From a virus: a stretch of 64,000 nt of DNA. The stretch is from positions 32,001-96,000 of IMG/VR virus record IMGVR_UViG_3300012662_000001. One strand, 5' to 3'. The notes below the pieces were generated by a model that was not told the DNA's origin, searched no databases, and was given only the letters and a program-made list of their open reading frames with translations. Below are positions 24,339-34,606 of the stretch, in pieces; the first letter of the stretch is position 1, and the number at the start of each line of letters is the position of its first letter. A program made the position numbers and the translations under genes.

Positions 24339-24375
24339 CCGTGTAGTCAGTGAGTGATTAAAAATTACATAAGAG

Positions 24376-25050
24376 ATGAAAAAGTACATTTACACCAAGG
24401 AGAGTGAATTCGTTATCGTGGAGACTGACGGTCTTGGCAGAATCGATAATTTTATGGTGACAGGTGTCATCGGAAAGAATTACAGCAATCTTGTGCAGTC
24501 CGGATTCTGCTTCAAGATGGGTGATGAGGTCAGCATTGCTTCTATGCTTAATATGGCGAAGCTCTGCAAGGCCAAGGTTGAGTGTTTCGAGGGCAACGCT
24601 CTTGTTTCGGATGAGTCAGTTGACTACACTGAGGAGCCTGTTGTTGAGCCAGTGGTTTCAGTGTATGGCGTTTCAATTGAGCGTCCGGAGAATGTCGTTG
24701 CAGGTGAGACATACGATGTCAAGACAACACTTAAGACCCTTACCAAGGGTGACAAGGGCTATGACAAGGTGATTGTCAGGTTTGCCACCGTGGCTCCGGA
24801 GGGTGGTGAGTGCACGATGACGCTCGTTGATTCTCAAGGCAGTCAGTTCAAGTTTGTGAATAACGGTACTTGGGGTCCGAGTGAGGGCTTTCCTCTTCCA
24901 GCGGAGTATGAAGCCACGACTCCTATGCAGGTGTCCTACAATCAGGCCGGAACCTATGTTCACACGACAGAGCTTGTGAACCTTGAGGATAACAGCGTTA
25001 TTATATCAGACACAGCCGAGGTTACTGTGGTTGAAAAGTCTGGGGACTAA
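24376..25050 (+). CDS. hypothetical protein, possibly with an Ig-like beta-rich C-terminal half
   Basis: 224-aa ORF and first gene after the promoter. The C-terminal half alternates polar and hydrophobic residues in a beta-strand-like pattern. Confidence 0.55.
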   Translation: MKKYIYTKESEFVIVETDGLGRIDNFMVTGVIGKNYSNLVQSGFCFKMGDEVSIASMLNMAKLCKAKVECFEGNALVSDESVDYTEEPVVEPVVSVYGVSIERPENVVAGETYDVKTTLKTLTKGDKGYDKVIVRFATVAPEGGECTMTLVDSQGSQFKFVNNGTWGPSEGFPLPAEYEATTPMQVSYNQAGTYVHTTELVNLEDNSVIISDTAEVTVVEKSGD

Positions 25051-25071
25051 TTATGTAGAAACATTTTCTAT

Positions 25072-26790
25072 ATGTCAAGAAGACAGCGAAATAGAAGTCA
25101 TCGTATGGGAGCTGAATCAACGGCTCCCATAGATGCTTTAGAGGGGATGTCCATTCAGGAGTTGAGCCTGATGTCACAGGCCGCTCCGCTTGCTCTTCAG
25201 AATCGGCTGGAAAAGGCTCTTCGTTCAGAGAACGTTGAGGACGTGCTAAAGGCACAGGCGTTCATCGCACAGCAGGAGAAGAGCGGCAGAGCTGTCAAGC
25301 CTGACATCAAGTCCATCCTATGGAATCCATCTGACATAGGGTTCAATGGTCGTGGCTATCGTGATCCGAACAATGGCATACCGTTCACCACACTTCAGCG
25401 GATGGGTGATATCTATATTATTAAGGCCATCATTAACACTCGTATTGAACAGATACAGAATTTCTTGCGATATAGTGATGATGATCAGAAGCCTGGATTC
25501 CAGCTGCGATACAAGCAGATGCTCGGCGGTGACATTAAAGAGATATCCAAGAAGGATATGAAAGTTGTTGAGGGGCTTGTGCGCTTTTTGGAGGATGGTG
25601 GTGAGAATGATAAGTGGTCTTCGGAGGACAATTTTCAGGATTTTACACGTAAGACCATCAAGGATTCACTCTGTCTGGATCAACTCTGCTTTGAGGTTGT
25701 TCGCAGTCGGAGTATGAAAGTGAATAAGTTCAGAGCGGTGGATGCCTCTTTGATACGGCAACTTGACACGGATGATCCTCGCTATGCAAGTATGTTTGAA
25801 TCATATAGGTGGCACGGTTATCTTCCTCGCTATGCGATGGTCTATGACAGTCAGATAATACGTAATCCAGCAACTGATGAGCTTGTTGTCTACTATCCGT
25901 GGGAACTTGGTTACGGCATACGTAATAAGACGACCAATGTGTTTAGGAATGGCTATGGCTGTTCTGAACTGGAGACCCTTATAGAGGTCGTGACGTGGAT
26001 TCTGTGGGGTATGCAGTATAACGGTAATTTCTTTAAGCAGGGTTCACAGCCAAAGGGATTCATTAATGTCAAGAATTCCAATATTGACCAAGGCACGCTG
26101 AATGAGTTTCGTCAGGACTGGAAACAGACGATGTCCACTGTTTATAATGCTCACAAGATTCCTGTAATACAGGGTATTGATCTTGAGTGGGTAGACTTGC
26201 AGCAGTCCAACAAGGATATGGAGTTCACGGAGTGGATTAAGTTCCTTTTCGTGGTGACGTGCGCTGTGTATCGTATTGACCCATCAGAGTTGGGTTTTCA
26301 GTTTCAGGATGCAGCAAGGGTGTTCGGACAGGACGGTCAGAAGGAGCGTCTTGACCATTCACAGAAGAAAGGTCTCTTTCCTCTACTCATTTTCTTTCAG
26401 AACATTGTGAATCGCTATATCATATCTGAGATAGATGACCGTTTTGAATTCGTGTTTACAGGCGTGGACATCAAGGACGAATCTGCTCAGATAGAGATTG
26501 ACAAGAAGAAGTTGGACGCAGGTGTTGTTTCTCTGGAGGATATGTTCCGCAAGTATTCGGGGCGTGACCTTGACCCTGAGAAGGATACCATTCTCAATTC
26601 CATCTATCAGACGGCACAGAGCAACAAGATGATGGGTGGTGAGGATATGAACGGAGCCGTTGATCAGATGAACGGTGAGGGTGGCGGTGACGACTTTGAC
26701 ATTGCTGATATGCTTATGCAGAAGTCACAGGGCAACCCTATTCTTGGCAAGGCACTGGAGTTTATTGATAATCAGTTATCGGCAAAATAA
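25072..26790 (+). CDS. portal protein
   Basis: 572 aa, positioned immediately upstream of a MuF-like gene and the protease-scaffold-capsid block. It has an acidic Gly-rich C-terminus. The call rests on size and synteny, not on a motif. Confidence 0.7.
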   Translation: MSRRQRNRSHRMGAESTAPIDALEGMSIQELSLMSQAAPLALQNRLEKALRSENVEDVLKAQAFIAQQEKSGRAVKPDIKSILWNPSDIGFNGRGYRDPNNGIPFTTLQRMGDIYIIKAIINTRIEQIQNFLRYSDDDQKPGFQLRYKQMLGGDIKEISKKDMKVVEGLVRFLEDGGENDKWSSEDNFQDFTRKTIKDSLCLDQLCFEVVRSRSMKVNKFRAVDASLIRQLDTDDPRYASMFESYRWHGYLPRYAMVYDSQIIRNPATDELVVYYPWELGYGIRNKTTNVFRNGYGCSELETLIEVVTWILWGMQYNGNFFKQGSQPKGFINVKNSNIDQGTLNEFRQDWKQTMSTVYNAHKIPVIQGIDLEWVDLQQSNKDMEFTEWIKFLFVVTCAVYRIDPSELGFQFQDAARVFGQDGQKERLDHSQKKGLFPLLIFFQNIVNRYIISEIDDRFEFVFTGVDIKDESAQIEIDKKKLDAGVVSLEDMFRKYSGRDLDPEKDTILNSIYQTAQSNKMMGGEDMNGAVDQMNGEGGGDDFDIADMLMQKSQGNPILGKALEFIDNQLSAK

Positions 26791-26960
26791 TGGCTTATAG
26801 AGAACGAGTTCCAAGAGTGCAGAGACACGTTGACCCTATGCGCTATCCAGCTGTGCAGGGGCGATATGAACGTGAAGCGATGAAGAGTTTTGCACCTGTG
26901 GAGCTGTTTGGCAATATTGTTGAGACGATGACGAAGATAGTCAAGGAGAAGCGAGGTTGA
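26790..26960 (+). CDS. possible small ORF (56 aa), not in the supplied track
   Basis: The ATG overlaps the portal stop (TAATG) and the TGA lies 1 nt before the MuF ATG. Sequence starts MAYRERVPRVQRHVDPMRYPAVQGRYEREAMK... Confidence 0.35.
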   Translation: MAYRERVPRVQRHVDPMRYPAVQGRYEREAMKSFAPVELFGNIVETMTKIVKEKRG

Positions 26961-26961
26961 T

Positions 26962-27909
26962 ATGCTTTTTACGGACAAGGACATACAGCGTATTCTAAAG
27001 GAAGTGGACTTGTCCACGGCCAAGTTGGTGGCTCGTGTTCTTGGCAGAAATTACCTGACGAAGTATGACCTCGATTTGTTGAAGAAGCGTGGTGTTGACC
27101 TATTAAAGTTGATACCGAAGTTTCCAGTGCATTATCAGTCGTTCCTGTTTGGTCGTGTTTCGGCCGCACTGGGCGATTCCATCACTAGAACGATGGGTTA
27201 TTCTGATCTGTTACAGTTTCTTCCTAAAATGGGTGATTTTGTCCCGACTGCGATGGAATTGTCCTTCTATGACGTGGCGGCTAATAAGACCTACACACAT
27301 ATAAAGGGCTTTGGTGATAGACTGAAGAATGACGTGCGAAACGCTATTTCCGCCGAGGAGATGTCCTATATACAGACTGAACAGGCCGCAAGGGCGAACA
27401 AGGTCATTCACGATGAGATATTGAATGGTACTGTTCAGAAGCGGACGGTGCAGAAGATTGCTTCCAATATAGCACATCAGATGGATGACTGGAATAGGGA
27501 TTGGGGGCGTATTGTGGAGACGGAGTGTCAGGATGTGTTCAATCTTGGTAGGGCACAGACGTTTATGCAGGATGACGCTGATCCCAAGGTGTTCTTTCAA
27601 GTGTATCCTGGAGCCTGTAAGCACTGCATCCGTCTATATTTGACACACGGTGTGGGTTCACAGCCGAGGATATTCAGGCTTTCAGAGTTGTTGGCCAACG
27701 GCACGAACTATGGTGTTAAGTCGAAGGAATGGAAGCCTACCGTTCACCCAGTACATCCCTTTTGCCGCTGCCAAATAACCAGACTTCCAGAGGGTTATGT
27801 ATGGAGTGAGGAGAATCACAGGTTTGAACCTCCTAAGAACTATGTTCGTAAGGTACAGCGCAGGAGCAAGGTTCACATTGATATCGGTGACAAACATTAT
27901 GACGTATAA
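26962..27909 (+). CDS. MuF/SPP1 gp7-like minor head protein
   Basis: YPGACKHCIRLYL...VHPVHPFCRCQITRLPEGY matches the characteristic HP.CRC ending of the Phage_Mu_F family. The gene sits right after the portal. Confidence 0.75.
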   Translation: MLFTDKDIQRILKEVDLSTAKLVARVLGRNYLTKYDLDLLKKRGVDLLKLIPKFPVHYQSFLFGRVSAALGDSITRTMGYSDLLQFLPKMGDFVPTAMELSFYDVAANKTYTHIKGFGDRLKNDVRNAISAEEMSYIQTEQAARANKVIHDEILNGTVQKRTVQKIASNIAHQMDDWNRDWGRIVETECQDVFNLGRAQTFMQDDADPKVFFQVYPGACKHCIRLYLTHGVGSQPRIFRLSELLANGTNYGVKSKEWKPTVHPVHPFCRCQITRLPEGYVWSEENHRFEPPKNYVRKVQRRSKVHIDIGDKHYDV

Positions 27910-27916
27910 AAATTAT

Positions 27917-29245
27917 ATGATTATGAGATTCAAGAAATGGCTTGGGATAATGACTCCGCAGGAAAAGCTGGAGGAGTATCACGATCTTAGAAAGCGGCTT
28001 GCTCAGATAGAGGATGAGGGTAAAGAACTTGCTCATCAGTTCTCTATTCAGAAGTCCATTGTTGACAGCATTGGTGAGGGTGTGCCTGATTCCAGAAGAG
28101 CGGAGGTGCTTGCGAAGCACACCGACTTTATGAAAGGTCACACGAAGCGTGTCACTGCCTGTGTCAATGAGCGTGAAAAGATTCTGAAGGGAATTGCCGT
28201 GCTTGTTGAGGAATGTCAGGAGGTGCGTGATGAGATTGCCAAGAGCCGCAAGTTGAACGGTCTGATGGAACTTCGCAAGGTTGGCAAACTGAACGAGAGT
28301 GAATATTTTAATCTTGTCAAGTCAGTGGACGGCAAGCCTGTTCGGTATGCTGATATGGTTGCTATGCGTGAATCAGACGGCAAGATTCTCATTCTGCATC
28401 GTGTGGATGATGAGATGTGTTCGACAGGTGAGGTGTGCATTCCTGGAGGTCACGTTGAGCCTGACGAGGACTTTAAGACAGCGGCCTTGCGTGAGTTTAA
28501 GGAAGAGACGAATCTTGATCCTATTGTGGCCAGAGGTATTCGTTATCTCGGTGAGTATAAGAGCGTTGATGCTCACATTCAGTATTTTCAGGTCTATGTG
28601 GATCCAGGACAGCCGATTACGGTTGATGCCACAGAGGAGTGCTTCTATGAGTGGATAGACATAAGTGAGATTCCGTTCAAAAACTTTATCTTTGACCAAG
28701 GGAAGAATGTGCTGAATATGATGAACAGGGTATGGCGTATGGATTCCGTTGAGCCGCTTGACACGGTTGTTAAGGCTGTTCAGGATGGTCGTATGTCCGT
28801 TCAGTGTTTTAAGGAAATCTGTTCTGACATTGTGAAAAAGGCACTGGCCACGGAGAACGCAGCACCTGTCATTCCGGAGAGTATGGAGGGTGACGTGAAG
28901 AAACTCACTATGCCTGTTCGTGACCCGATGTGTGGTGTTGAAACGCTTTTGAAGGGAATCAACGGTGTTGACGAGGTGGTTGTGAACGGCACGGAGACTA
29001 TTAAGTTTGTTAAGCCGTTGTTCATTCATAGTGTTTCCTATGAGGAAAATCCGGAGACAAATAGACTTGTTCAATGTGAGGTTGCCTATGTTGGTGAGGA
29101 TTCAGATATGAGCAAGCTGATTGACGTCTTGCGGAATGGTTTGAGGAATGGTTCGGTGAATTTCAGAGTTAAGGAAGAGGAATTTACTTCCGTTAATGAG
29201 AACGGCACGGACTATGTCGGTGACCCCATCTTTGCGGTTATGTAA
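27917..29245 (+). CDS. Nudix hydrolase-domain protein (coiled-coil N-terminus, Nudix core, unknown C-terminal domain)
   Basis: The track ORF begins inside the MuF gene; I chose the in-frame ATG at 27917 (27899 and 27923 are alternatives). Nudix box: GGHVEPDEDFKTAALREFKEETNL fits G-x5-E-x7-R-E-U-x-E-E-x-(G/N)-U. Confidence 0.75.
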   Translation: MIMRFKKWLGIMTPQEKLEEYHDLRKRLAQIEDEGKELAHQFSIQKSIVDSIGEGVPDSRRAEVLAKHTDFMKGHTKRVTACVNEREKILKGIAVLVEECQEVRDEIAKSRKLNGLMELRKVGKLNESEYFNLVKSVDGKPVRYADMVAMRESDGKILILHRVDDEMCSTGEVCIPGGHVEPDEDFKTAALREFKEETNLDPIVARGIRYLGEYKSVDAHIQYFQVYVDPGQPITVDATEECFYEWIDISEIPFKNFIFDQGKNVLNMMNRVWRMDSVEPLDTVVKAVQDGRMSVQCFKEICSDIVKKALATENAAPVIPESMEGDVKKLTMPVRDPMCGVETLLKGINGVDEVVVNGTETIKFVKPLFIHSVSYEENPETNRLVQCEVAYVGEDSDMSKLIDVLRNGLRNGSVNFRVKEEEFTSVNENGTDYVGDPIFAVM

Positions 29246-29281
29246 GTTTCTGATTATTTTTGTCCATAATTATTGACGTGA

Positions 29282-29944
29282 ATGAGCGGAACGAATGACT
29301 TTAACTTCTTTCTTCCAGCTGATCTTGTAAAGGCGGAGGATTCAACTCGGTATCCTCGTGGTGACGAAAGACGCTACGAGAATATGGTGTTTGAAGGAAT
29401 CGCGAGTGACAATAGCAAGGACTATGAGGGAGAGAGTATGGAGCCGAAAGGCTTTGACTTGAGTCACTTCCTGAAGCACGGTCTGTTGAATCTTGATCAC
29501 CTTACTATAAGAGCGAAGGAACTAAAGTCCAGATTCTGGATTGGTGAGCCGCTGGAGGCCAAGATTGTTGACAACAAACTCTGGGTGAAAGGTAAGCTCT
29601 GGAAGGATAGTCCTGAAGCAAGGGCGTTCTGGGATAAGTGCATTGAGATGGCTGAGAGTGGCTCGACACGCAAGCCAGGAATGTCCATCGAGGGGCGTGC
29701 TCTGGAACGTGACCCGAAGAACCCAAAGCATATACTCAAGGCTATTATCAATAATATAGCGATGACGTTCACTCCAGTGAACTTCAATTCCTATATTGAG
29801 ATTGCAAAGGGAATTCAGTCGCAGGATTTCTATCCTACTGACGGTTCAATAGCAGTTAGTGATGATGTGATGCTGGAGGTTGTGCGTGGTGGCAGGAAGT
29901 TTATTATTAAATCAGATTTTACAACGGTGGAAGAAAGCATCTAA
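29282..29944 (+). CDS. prohead maturation protease (HK97-type/S78-like)
   Basis: VFEGIASDNSKDYEGESMEPKGFDLSHFLKHGLLNLDH resembles the EGyAs.......D..Ge....gaf.......p.l..H pattern. It sits between the MuF/Nudix genes and the scaffold. Confidence 0.6.
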   Translation: MSGTNDFNFFLPADLVKAEDSTRYPRGDERRYENMVFEGIASDNSKDYEGESMEPKGFDLSHFLKHGLLNLDHLTIRAKELKSRFWIGEPLEAKIVDNKLWVKGKLWKDSPEARAFWDKCIEMAESGSTRKPGMSIEGRALERDPKNPKHILKAIINNIAMTFTPVNFNSYIEIAKGIQSQDFYPTDGSIAVSDDVMLEVVRGGRKFIIKSDFTTVEESI

Positions 29945-29989
29945 TGGCTACGATTCCAGTAGAATGTAAACAATAAATTTTTTAGTGTT

Positions 29990-30754
29990 ATGTTAGAATT
30001 GACAGAAAACCAGAAGAATGATGAACTCGTAAAGTCTCTGTTGGATAGCGGCTTTTCTGAGGAGACCATTGCAGGTTGGATCAACTCTGGCGACATTACC
30101 CTGAAGTCTGAGGAAACCAAGGGCGACGGTGGTGAGGAAGAGGAGCCAAAGAATGATCCTGACAACGGTTCTGAGGGTGAGGGCGGTGAGCACGAGCCTG
30201 AGGAAGAGGATGACAAGGACAAGAAGGAAAAGTCCGAAGGCTGTGACGGTGACGGCAAGGAGGGTGAGAATGATGACCCCGAACCGCCTATTGCCAAGAG
30301 CCTTGACAAGGATGATCTGATGAAGAGCCTTGCTTCCGTGCTTGATGAGCGTGATGACGTTCTGAAATCTATGGTTGCTGATTCCTTTAAGGATGTGCTT
30401 GCAAAGGTTGACGGTCTTGTTAAGTCCATTGACGGTCTTGTTACAAAGATTGATGCAATCGGTGATCAGGCTCCAGCGTTTAAGTCAGTTGGACTGAATC
30501 GTGCTGTACTTGAGAAGTCCATTGGTGGCGGCGCAAAGGATGACAATGACAAGACTATTCTCAGTGTCAGCCGTGATCGTATGGTTGTTAGAGCGCTGAT
30601 TGAAAAGGCCATTGACGAGGAGAAGGATGAGGTTATTCAGAAGTCACTTCGTGACGAGACCCTGAACTACCTTATAGATCCTATTGGTGGTGCAATCGGT
30701 GAGACAGCCGCACGCTATATGTACAATAACAAGAACGTGCGTCTTGTGAAATAA
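29990..30754 (+). CDS. scaffolding protein (acidic)
   Basis: It has a strongly Asp/Glu-rich segment (GGEEEEPKNDPDNGSEGEGGEHEPEEEDDKDKKEKSEG) and helical remainder, and sits immediately upstream of the capsid gene. Confidence 0.6.
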   Translation: MLELTENQKNDELVKSLLDSGFSEETIAGWINSGDITLKSEETKGDGGEEEEPKNDPDNGSEGEGGEHEPEEEDDKDKKEKSEGCDGDGKEGENDDPEPPIAKSLDKDDLMKSLASVLDERDDVLKSMVADSFKDVLAKVDGLVKSIDGLVTKIDAIGDQAPAFKSVGLNRAVLEKSIGGGAKDDNDKTILSVSRDRMVVRALIEKAIDEEKDEVIQKSLRDETLNYLIDPIGGAIGETAARYMYNNKNVRLVK

Positions 30755-30791
30755 TTTCGCAGTTATAAACTACTTAATTTTATAGTTCATT

Positions 30792-32309
30792 ATGGATTTG
30801 TTTAACTACACAGGCAACGAAAATGCCAATTCGCTTGAGTCAATGTCCTCAGAGGAGATTCTCAAGGCGATGGAAGCTGGTCTGCTGACTGGAATGCAGT
30901 ATGACAATCAGCTCAACAACGGTGGCGGTCTGAAACCGGAATCTCTGGACGGAGTTCTCAAGAACCTCGAGAACAGGCTTGATCAGCTTGTTTTCTGGAA
31001 TGAACTCGGAAGACAGAGAATCGAGAACACCGTACATCAGTACAATCAACTCTACAAGTACGGTCAGGAAGTCGGCATCTTCAATGTTGAAGGAGAAACC
31101 CCTACCGAGACCGATTCTATCTACAGACGTAAGTCAGTAGTTGTGAAGTTCACAGGCGTTACTGGACAGGTAACTCATCCGGGAATGATTGTGAAGACCG
31201 TTGTGGGCTCGCTCTACACCAAGGAGGTTGAGAATAAGACAATTTTGCTTCAGACCATTCTTGACAAGAAAGTCATTGATGCTGATTCTAACAAGGTTCC
31301 GGAGGAGTTTGACGGTGTGTTCGCACAGCACGTTGCAGGTATCAATGACATCACAGGTGGTCTTCTCGGTAAGACTTCTGAGCAGGTGCTTGACGCCTAC
31401 TTCGGAGACGTGGCCGTTATTAACGCAAATGGTTCAGTTCTTACTGACGCACTTGTTGAGGATGCCGCACAGGCTGTTGTCAATGACAGAAACGGTATCA
31501 TCGATCGCATTGTTTCCTCTCCAGTCGTATTCAACAACTATGTTAAACTCTTTCACGAATCGAAGCGTGTCATTGTTGGAATGCAGGGTGGCGTCGTAGG
31601 TGCTACTATGGGTCAGTCCGTCAACGATATCACAACTCAGTTCGGTAAGGTTGCTATCAAGGCCGACAAATACTTTGACTGGAACGCTCCAGTGAAACTT
31701 GGTCGCGCCAAGACATCTGACAAGGCTCCAAACGCTCCAGTGAAGGACACTTCCGCAGCCGTATCAGTGGCCGTTGATGCAAAGGGTCAGTTTGGTACAA
31801 TGCACGCTGGAAACTACTTCTATGCAGTGGTGGCTGTTAATAGATATGGTGAATCAGAACTCGTACTTCTTAACGATGATGCACAGGCGGTAGGTGCAAC
31901 ACAGTCTGTGACATTGAAGTTCACAGGTGCTATATCGTCTGCATATCCTGAGACCTGTTATGTTATCTATCGTACCGAAGCCAATCCAGCAGACAAGAAC
32001 GTTGCTGACTTTTATCCTATTTTCAAGGTATCCAAGACCGAGCTTGTAGCAGGTTGGGACGGTGCGGAGGCAGGATCAGTTCACGACCGCAACAGGTGGA
32101 TCGCTGGAACGAAGTCCGCTCTCGTTTACTTCAACGGTTCTGAGATGCTCGAGTATCTTGAGTTGGGTGGCACAATGAAACTTGACTATGCTATTGTCGG
32201 TCCGAGGAGGTCATTTTCCGTGCTGAATTATGGTACTCCAGTGCTCTATCAACCAGGAAAGATCGCTCGTATCATCAATATCGGTAAGATTGGTCTTCCT
32301 ACCCTTTAG
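30792..32309 (+). CDS. major capsid protein
   Basis: 505 aa, located after the protease and scaffold genes and followed by a strong terminator (32334-32365). The call rests on synteny. Confidence 0.7.
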   Translation: MDLFNYTGNENANSLESMSSEEILKAMEAGLLTGMQYDNQLNNGGGLKPESLDGVLKNLENRLDQLVFWNELGRQRIENTVHQYNQLYKYGQEVGIFNVEGETPTETDSIYRRKSVVVKFTGVTGQVTHPGMIVKTVVGSLYTKEVENKTILLQTILDKKVIDADSNKVPEEFDGVFAQHVAGINDITGGLLGKTSEQVLDAYFGDVAVINANGSVLTDALVEDAAQAVVNDRNGIIDRIVSSPVVFNNYVKLFHESKRVIVGMQGGVVGATMGQSVNDITTQFGKVAIKADKYFDWNAPVKLGRAKTSDKAPNAPVKDTSAAVSVAVDAKGQFGTMHAGNYFYAVVAVNRYGESELVLLNDDAQAVGATQSVTLKFTGAISSAYPETCYVIYRTEANPADKNVADFYPIFKVSKTELVAGWDGAEAGSVHDRNRWIAGTKSALVYFNGSEMLEYLELGGTMKLDYAIVGPRRSFSVLNYGTPVLYQPGKIARIINIGKIGLPTL

Positions 32310-32333
32310 TCGGGTAATGACCGTAGAATCATC

Positions 32334-32365
32334 GGGGAGGGGTGAACAACTCCCTCCCCATTTTT
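32334..32365 (+). terminator. rho-independent terminator after the capsid gene
   Basis: ggggaggg(N10)ccctcccc followed by attttt. Confidence 0.75.
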
Positions 32366-32372
32366 AATTAAA

Positions 32373-33005
32373 ATGGATTTAGTTATGAAACTTTTTGATA
32401 AGAAAATAGGCAATCAGATAGTAAACTTCAATGGAAGAAAGGTTACGTTTGTTAATTCAGTGGCTGAGGTGGATGACACCTTTGGTGCTGAGATACTGAA
32501 GATGGGTTTTGCCGACCTCTATGAACTTGGCAAGCAGCCTGTCTATGAGACACCGAAGGAGATTCAGATGAAGACTGACTTCTCTGAGAAGGAGGAGTGG
32601 TATAAGGGTGAGTGTGCTCGACTTCGCAATATAGCGGATTCTCGCAAGAAACAGGTTGAGGATCTGGAAGCGGAGGTGAAACTCTGGAAGGAGGAATACG
32701 AGAAGGAGAAAATGGCACGCTTGGTTCTTGTTGAGAATTTTTCAAGGGATGCCGAGCCAACACCTGAGATACCTGAGGAACACGAGCCAGAGCAGCCTAA
32801 AAACGACGAGCAGGGTGGTGACAAGGAAGCCGCAGGTGAAGCCGCTCCAGAGGAGACTTCTGATGAGGCCTTGCGTGAGGAACTTGCTTCTTTGAAGAAG
32901 GATGAGCTTCTTGCCTTTGCGAAGGACAACGGTCTGGAAGTAGACGGTCTTGAGAAAAGAACAAAGGCCGACATCATAGAGTTTATTGTGGAATCTACAA
33001 AATAG
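32373..33005 (+). CDS. Glu-rich coiled-coil protein with a C-terminal Rho_N/HeH (SAP-like) motif
   Basis: The C-terminus LASLKKDELLAFAKDNGLEVDGLEKRTKADIIEFIV fits the helix-extension-helix pattern of the Rho N-terminal domain. Confidence 0.5.
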   Translation: MDLVMKLFDKKIGNQIVNFNGRKVTFVNSVAEVDDTFGAEILKMGFADLYELGKQPVYETPKEIQMKTDFSEKEEWYKGECARLRNIADSRKKQVEDLEAEVKLWKEEYEKEKMARLVLVENFSRDAEPTPEIPEEHEPEQPKNDEQGGDKEAAGEAAPEETSDEALREELASLKKDELLAFAKDNGLEVDGLEKRTKADIIEFIVESTK

Positions 33006-33011
33006 TTGGAG

Positions 33012-33812
33012 ATGGGACAGCTTGTCTTGACTTTGAAAACCAGAAAGAATGACGGTATGATGTTCAATCCGTCAGAGATATTTGCACTGTATCTGTACGG
33101 CATAACTATTCAGGGCGGTGACGGCACGTCATTCAGCAATGAGAGTATGCGCTTCTACATACAGTCAGCGCAGCAGGAGGTGGAGAGTTTCTTCAATCTC
33201 AAACTTCTGAAGCAGTTTATCAGTCAGGAGAAGCTCACGTTCTATCGTGCTGATTATTGGCAGCAGTTTCCTATCTTGTTCACGAATTACCCTGTCAACA
33301 AGCCTATATCGTTGACAGGGCGATTCAATAACATAGAGCAGATTTCCTATCCTACGGAGTGGCTTACCACACATCAGAATAGTTACGGTCTTTATAAGAG
33401 GAGGGTGTCTCTTGTTCCTACTGGAAGTGCCACTTGTCAGGCCAATGCGGAAGTGATTCTTTCAGGTATCACTACACAGCTTGGAAGTCAGCGATTCAAA
33501 ATGATTCCAGATTATTTTGACTTGCAGTATGTGACAGGCTTTGACTTGGATAAAATGCCTTTAGACTTAATTAATTTAGTAGGGAAGTTGGCTTGTTTTG
33601 GTCCTCTTAATATAGCTGGAGATTTAATTCTTGGTGCTGGAATTGCAAGTCAGAGTTTAGGTGTGGACGGATTAAGTCAGGGTATATCGTCAACTTCCTC
33701 GGCCACAAATAGTGGGTACGGAGCTCGTATTACGGCATACCAGAAAGAAATTAAGGACACTATTGCTCGTATAAAATTGATATATGACGAAATAAAAATA
33801 GGAGTTGTGTGA
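33012..33812 (+). CDS. virion protein, possibly a head-tail connector or adaptor
   Basis: The track ORF starts at TTG 33006; the ATG is 33012. The function is inferred only from its position after the capsid module. Confidence 0.45.
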   Translation: MGQLVLTLKTRKNDGMMFNPSEIFALYLYGITIQGGDGTSFSNESMRFYIQSAQQEVESFFNLKLLKQFISQEKLTFYRADYWQQFPILFTNYPVNKPISLTGRFNNIEQISYPTEWLTTHQNSYGLYKRRVSLVPTGSATCQANAEVILSGITTQLGSQRFKMIPDYFDLQYVTGFDLDKMPLDLINLVGKLACFGPLNIAGDLILGAGIASQSLGVDGLSQGISSTSSATNSGYGARITAYQKEIKDTIARIKLIYDEIKIGVV

Positions 33813-34606
33813 TGTTGGTTGGTTACATATATTGCGTAACCTGTCTGGTTAATGGAAAATGGTATTTTGGTCAGACACAGAGACGATTTATTCAAAGCAG
33901 GGTGAATGGACATATTTATTCTGCCAATATGGGTTCTGATCATAAGTTTCATCGAGCCATACGCAAGTATGGCGAGGAGAACTTCTCCATTGAGGAGGTT
34001 ATGCACGTGGAAGCCCCTACGAAGGAGGAACTGAAAGCGAAGCTTGATTTTCTTGAGAAGTATTTTATTCAGAAGTTTGACACCAGACGAAACGGTTATA
34101 ATTCCACTGATGGTGGTGAGGGGTGTCTTGGTCGGTCAATGTCAATAGAAACTCGTAAACGGTTGCGTGAAGTTAATCTTGGTGAACACAATCCTATGTT
34201 TGGTAAAAGGCAATCTGTTGAAGCGAGAATAAAATTATCTAAAGCCTTAAAGGGTAAGACTGGTTTTTTCAAAGGTAAGCATTTGACTGAAGAACATAAG
34301 AAGAGGATTGGGTTGGCTCATTTAGGCAAGACACATTCAGATAAGACTAAACTAAGAATTTCTTTGGTAAAAAGAGAACAGAATATTAGGTTATCTGATG
34401 ATGAAAAACGTAAACGTTCTATGGCGTTGGGTGGGCGACCTATTCTACAATTTGATTCAAATGGTATGCTTGTGAAAGAGTGGGCTAGTTTACGTTCAGT
34501 ATTTAATGAATTACCAATAGATAGAACACGGTTAAGGAAACACATTGCTTCTGGAACTTTATATCACGATTCCTATTGGCGATATAAGGAGGTTTTTGTA
34601 TGCTAA
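33812..34606 (+). mobile_element. GIY-YIG homing endonuclease gene with NUMOD3-type repeats
   Basis: GYIYCVTCLVNGKWYFGQT (GIY...YIG), R..GH and NGYNS motifs. Repeated H.P.fGK..s.e.r.K.S and GK.h.eehK.kI segments are present. The ATG at 33812 overlaps the upstream TGA. Confidence 0.85.
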
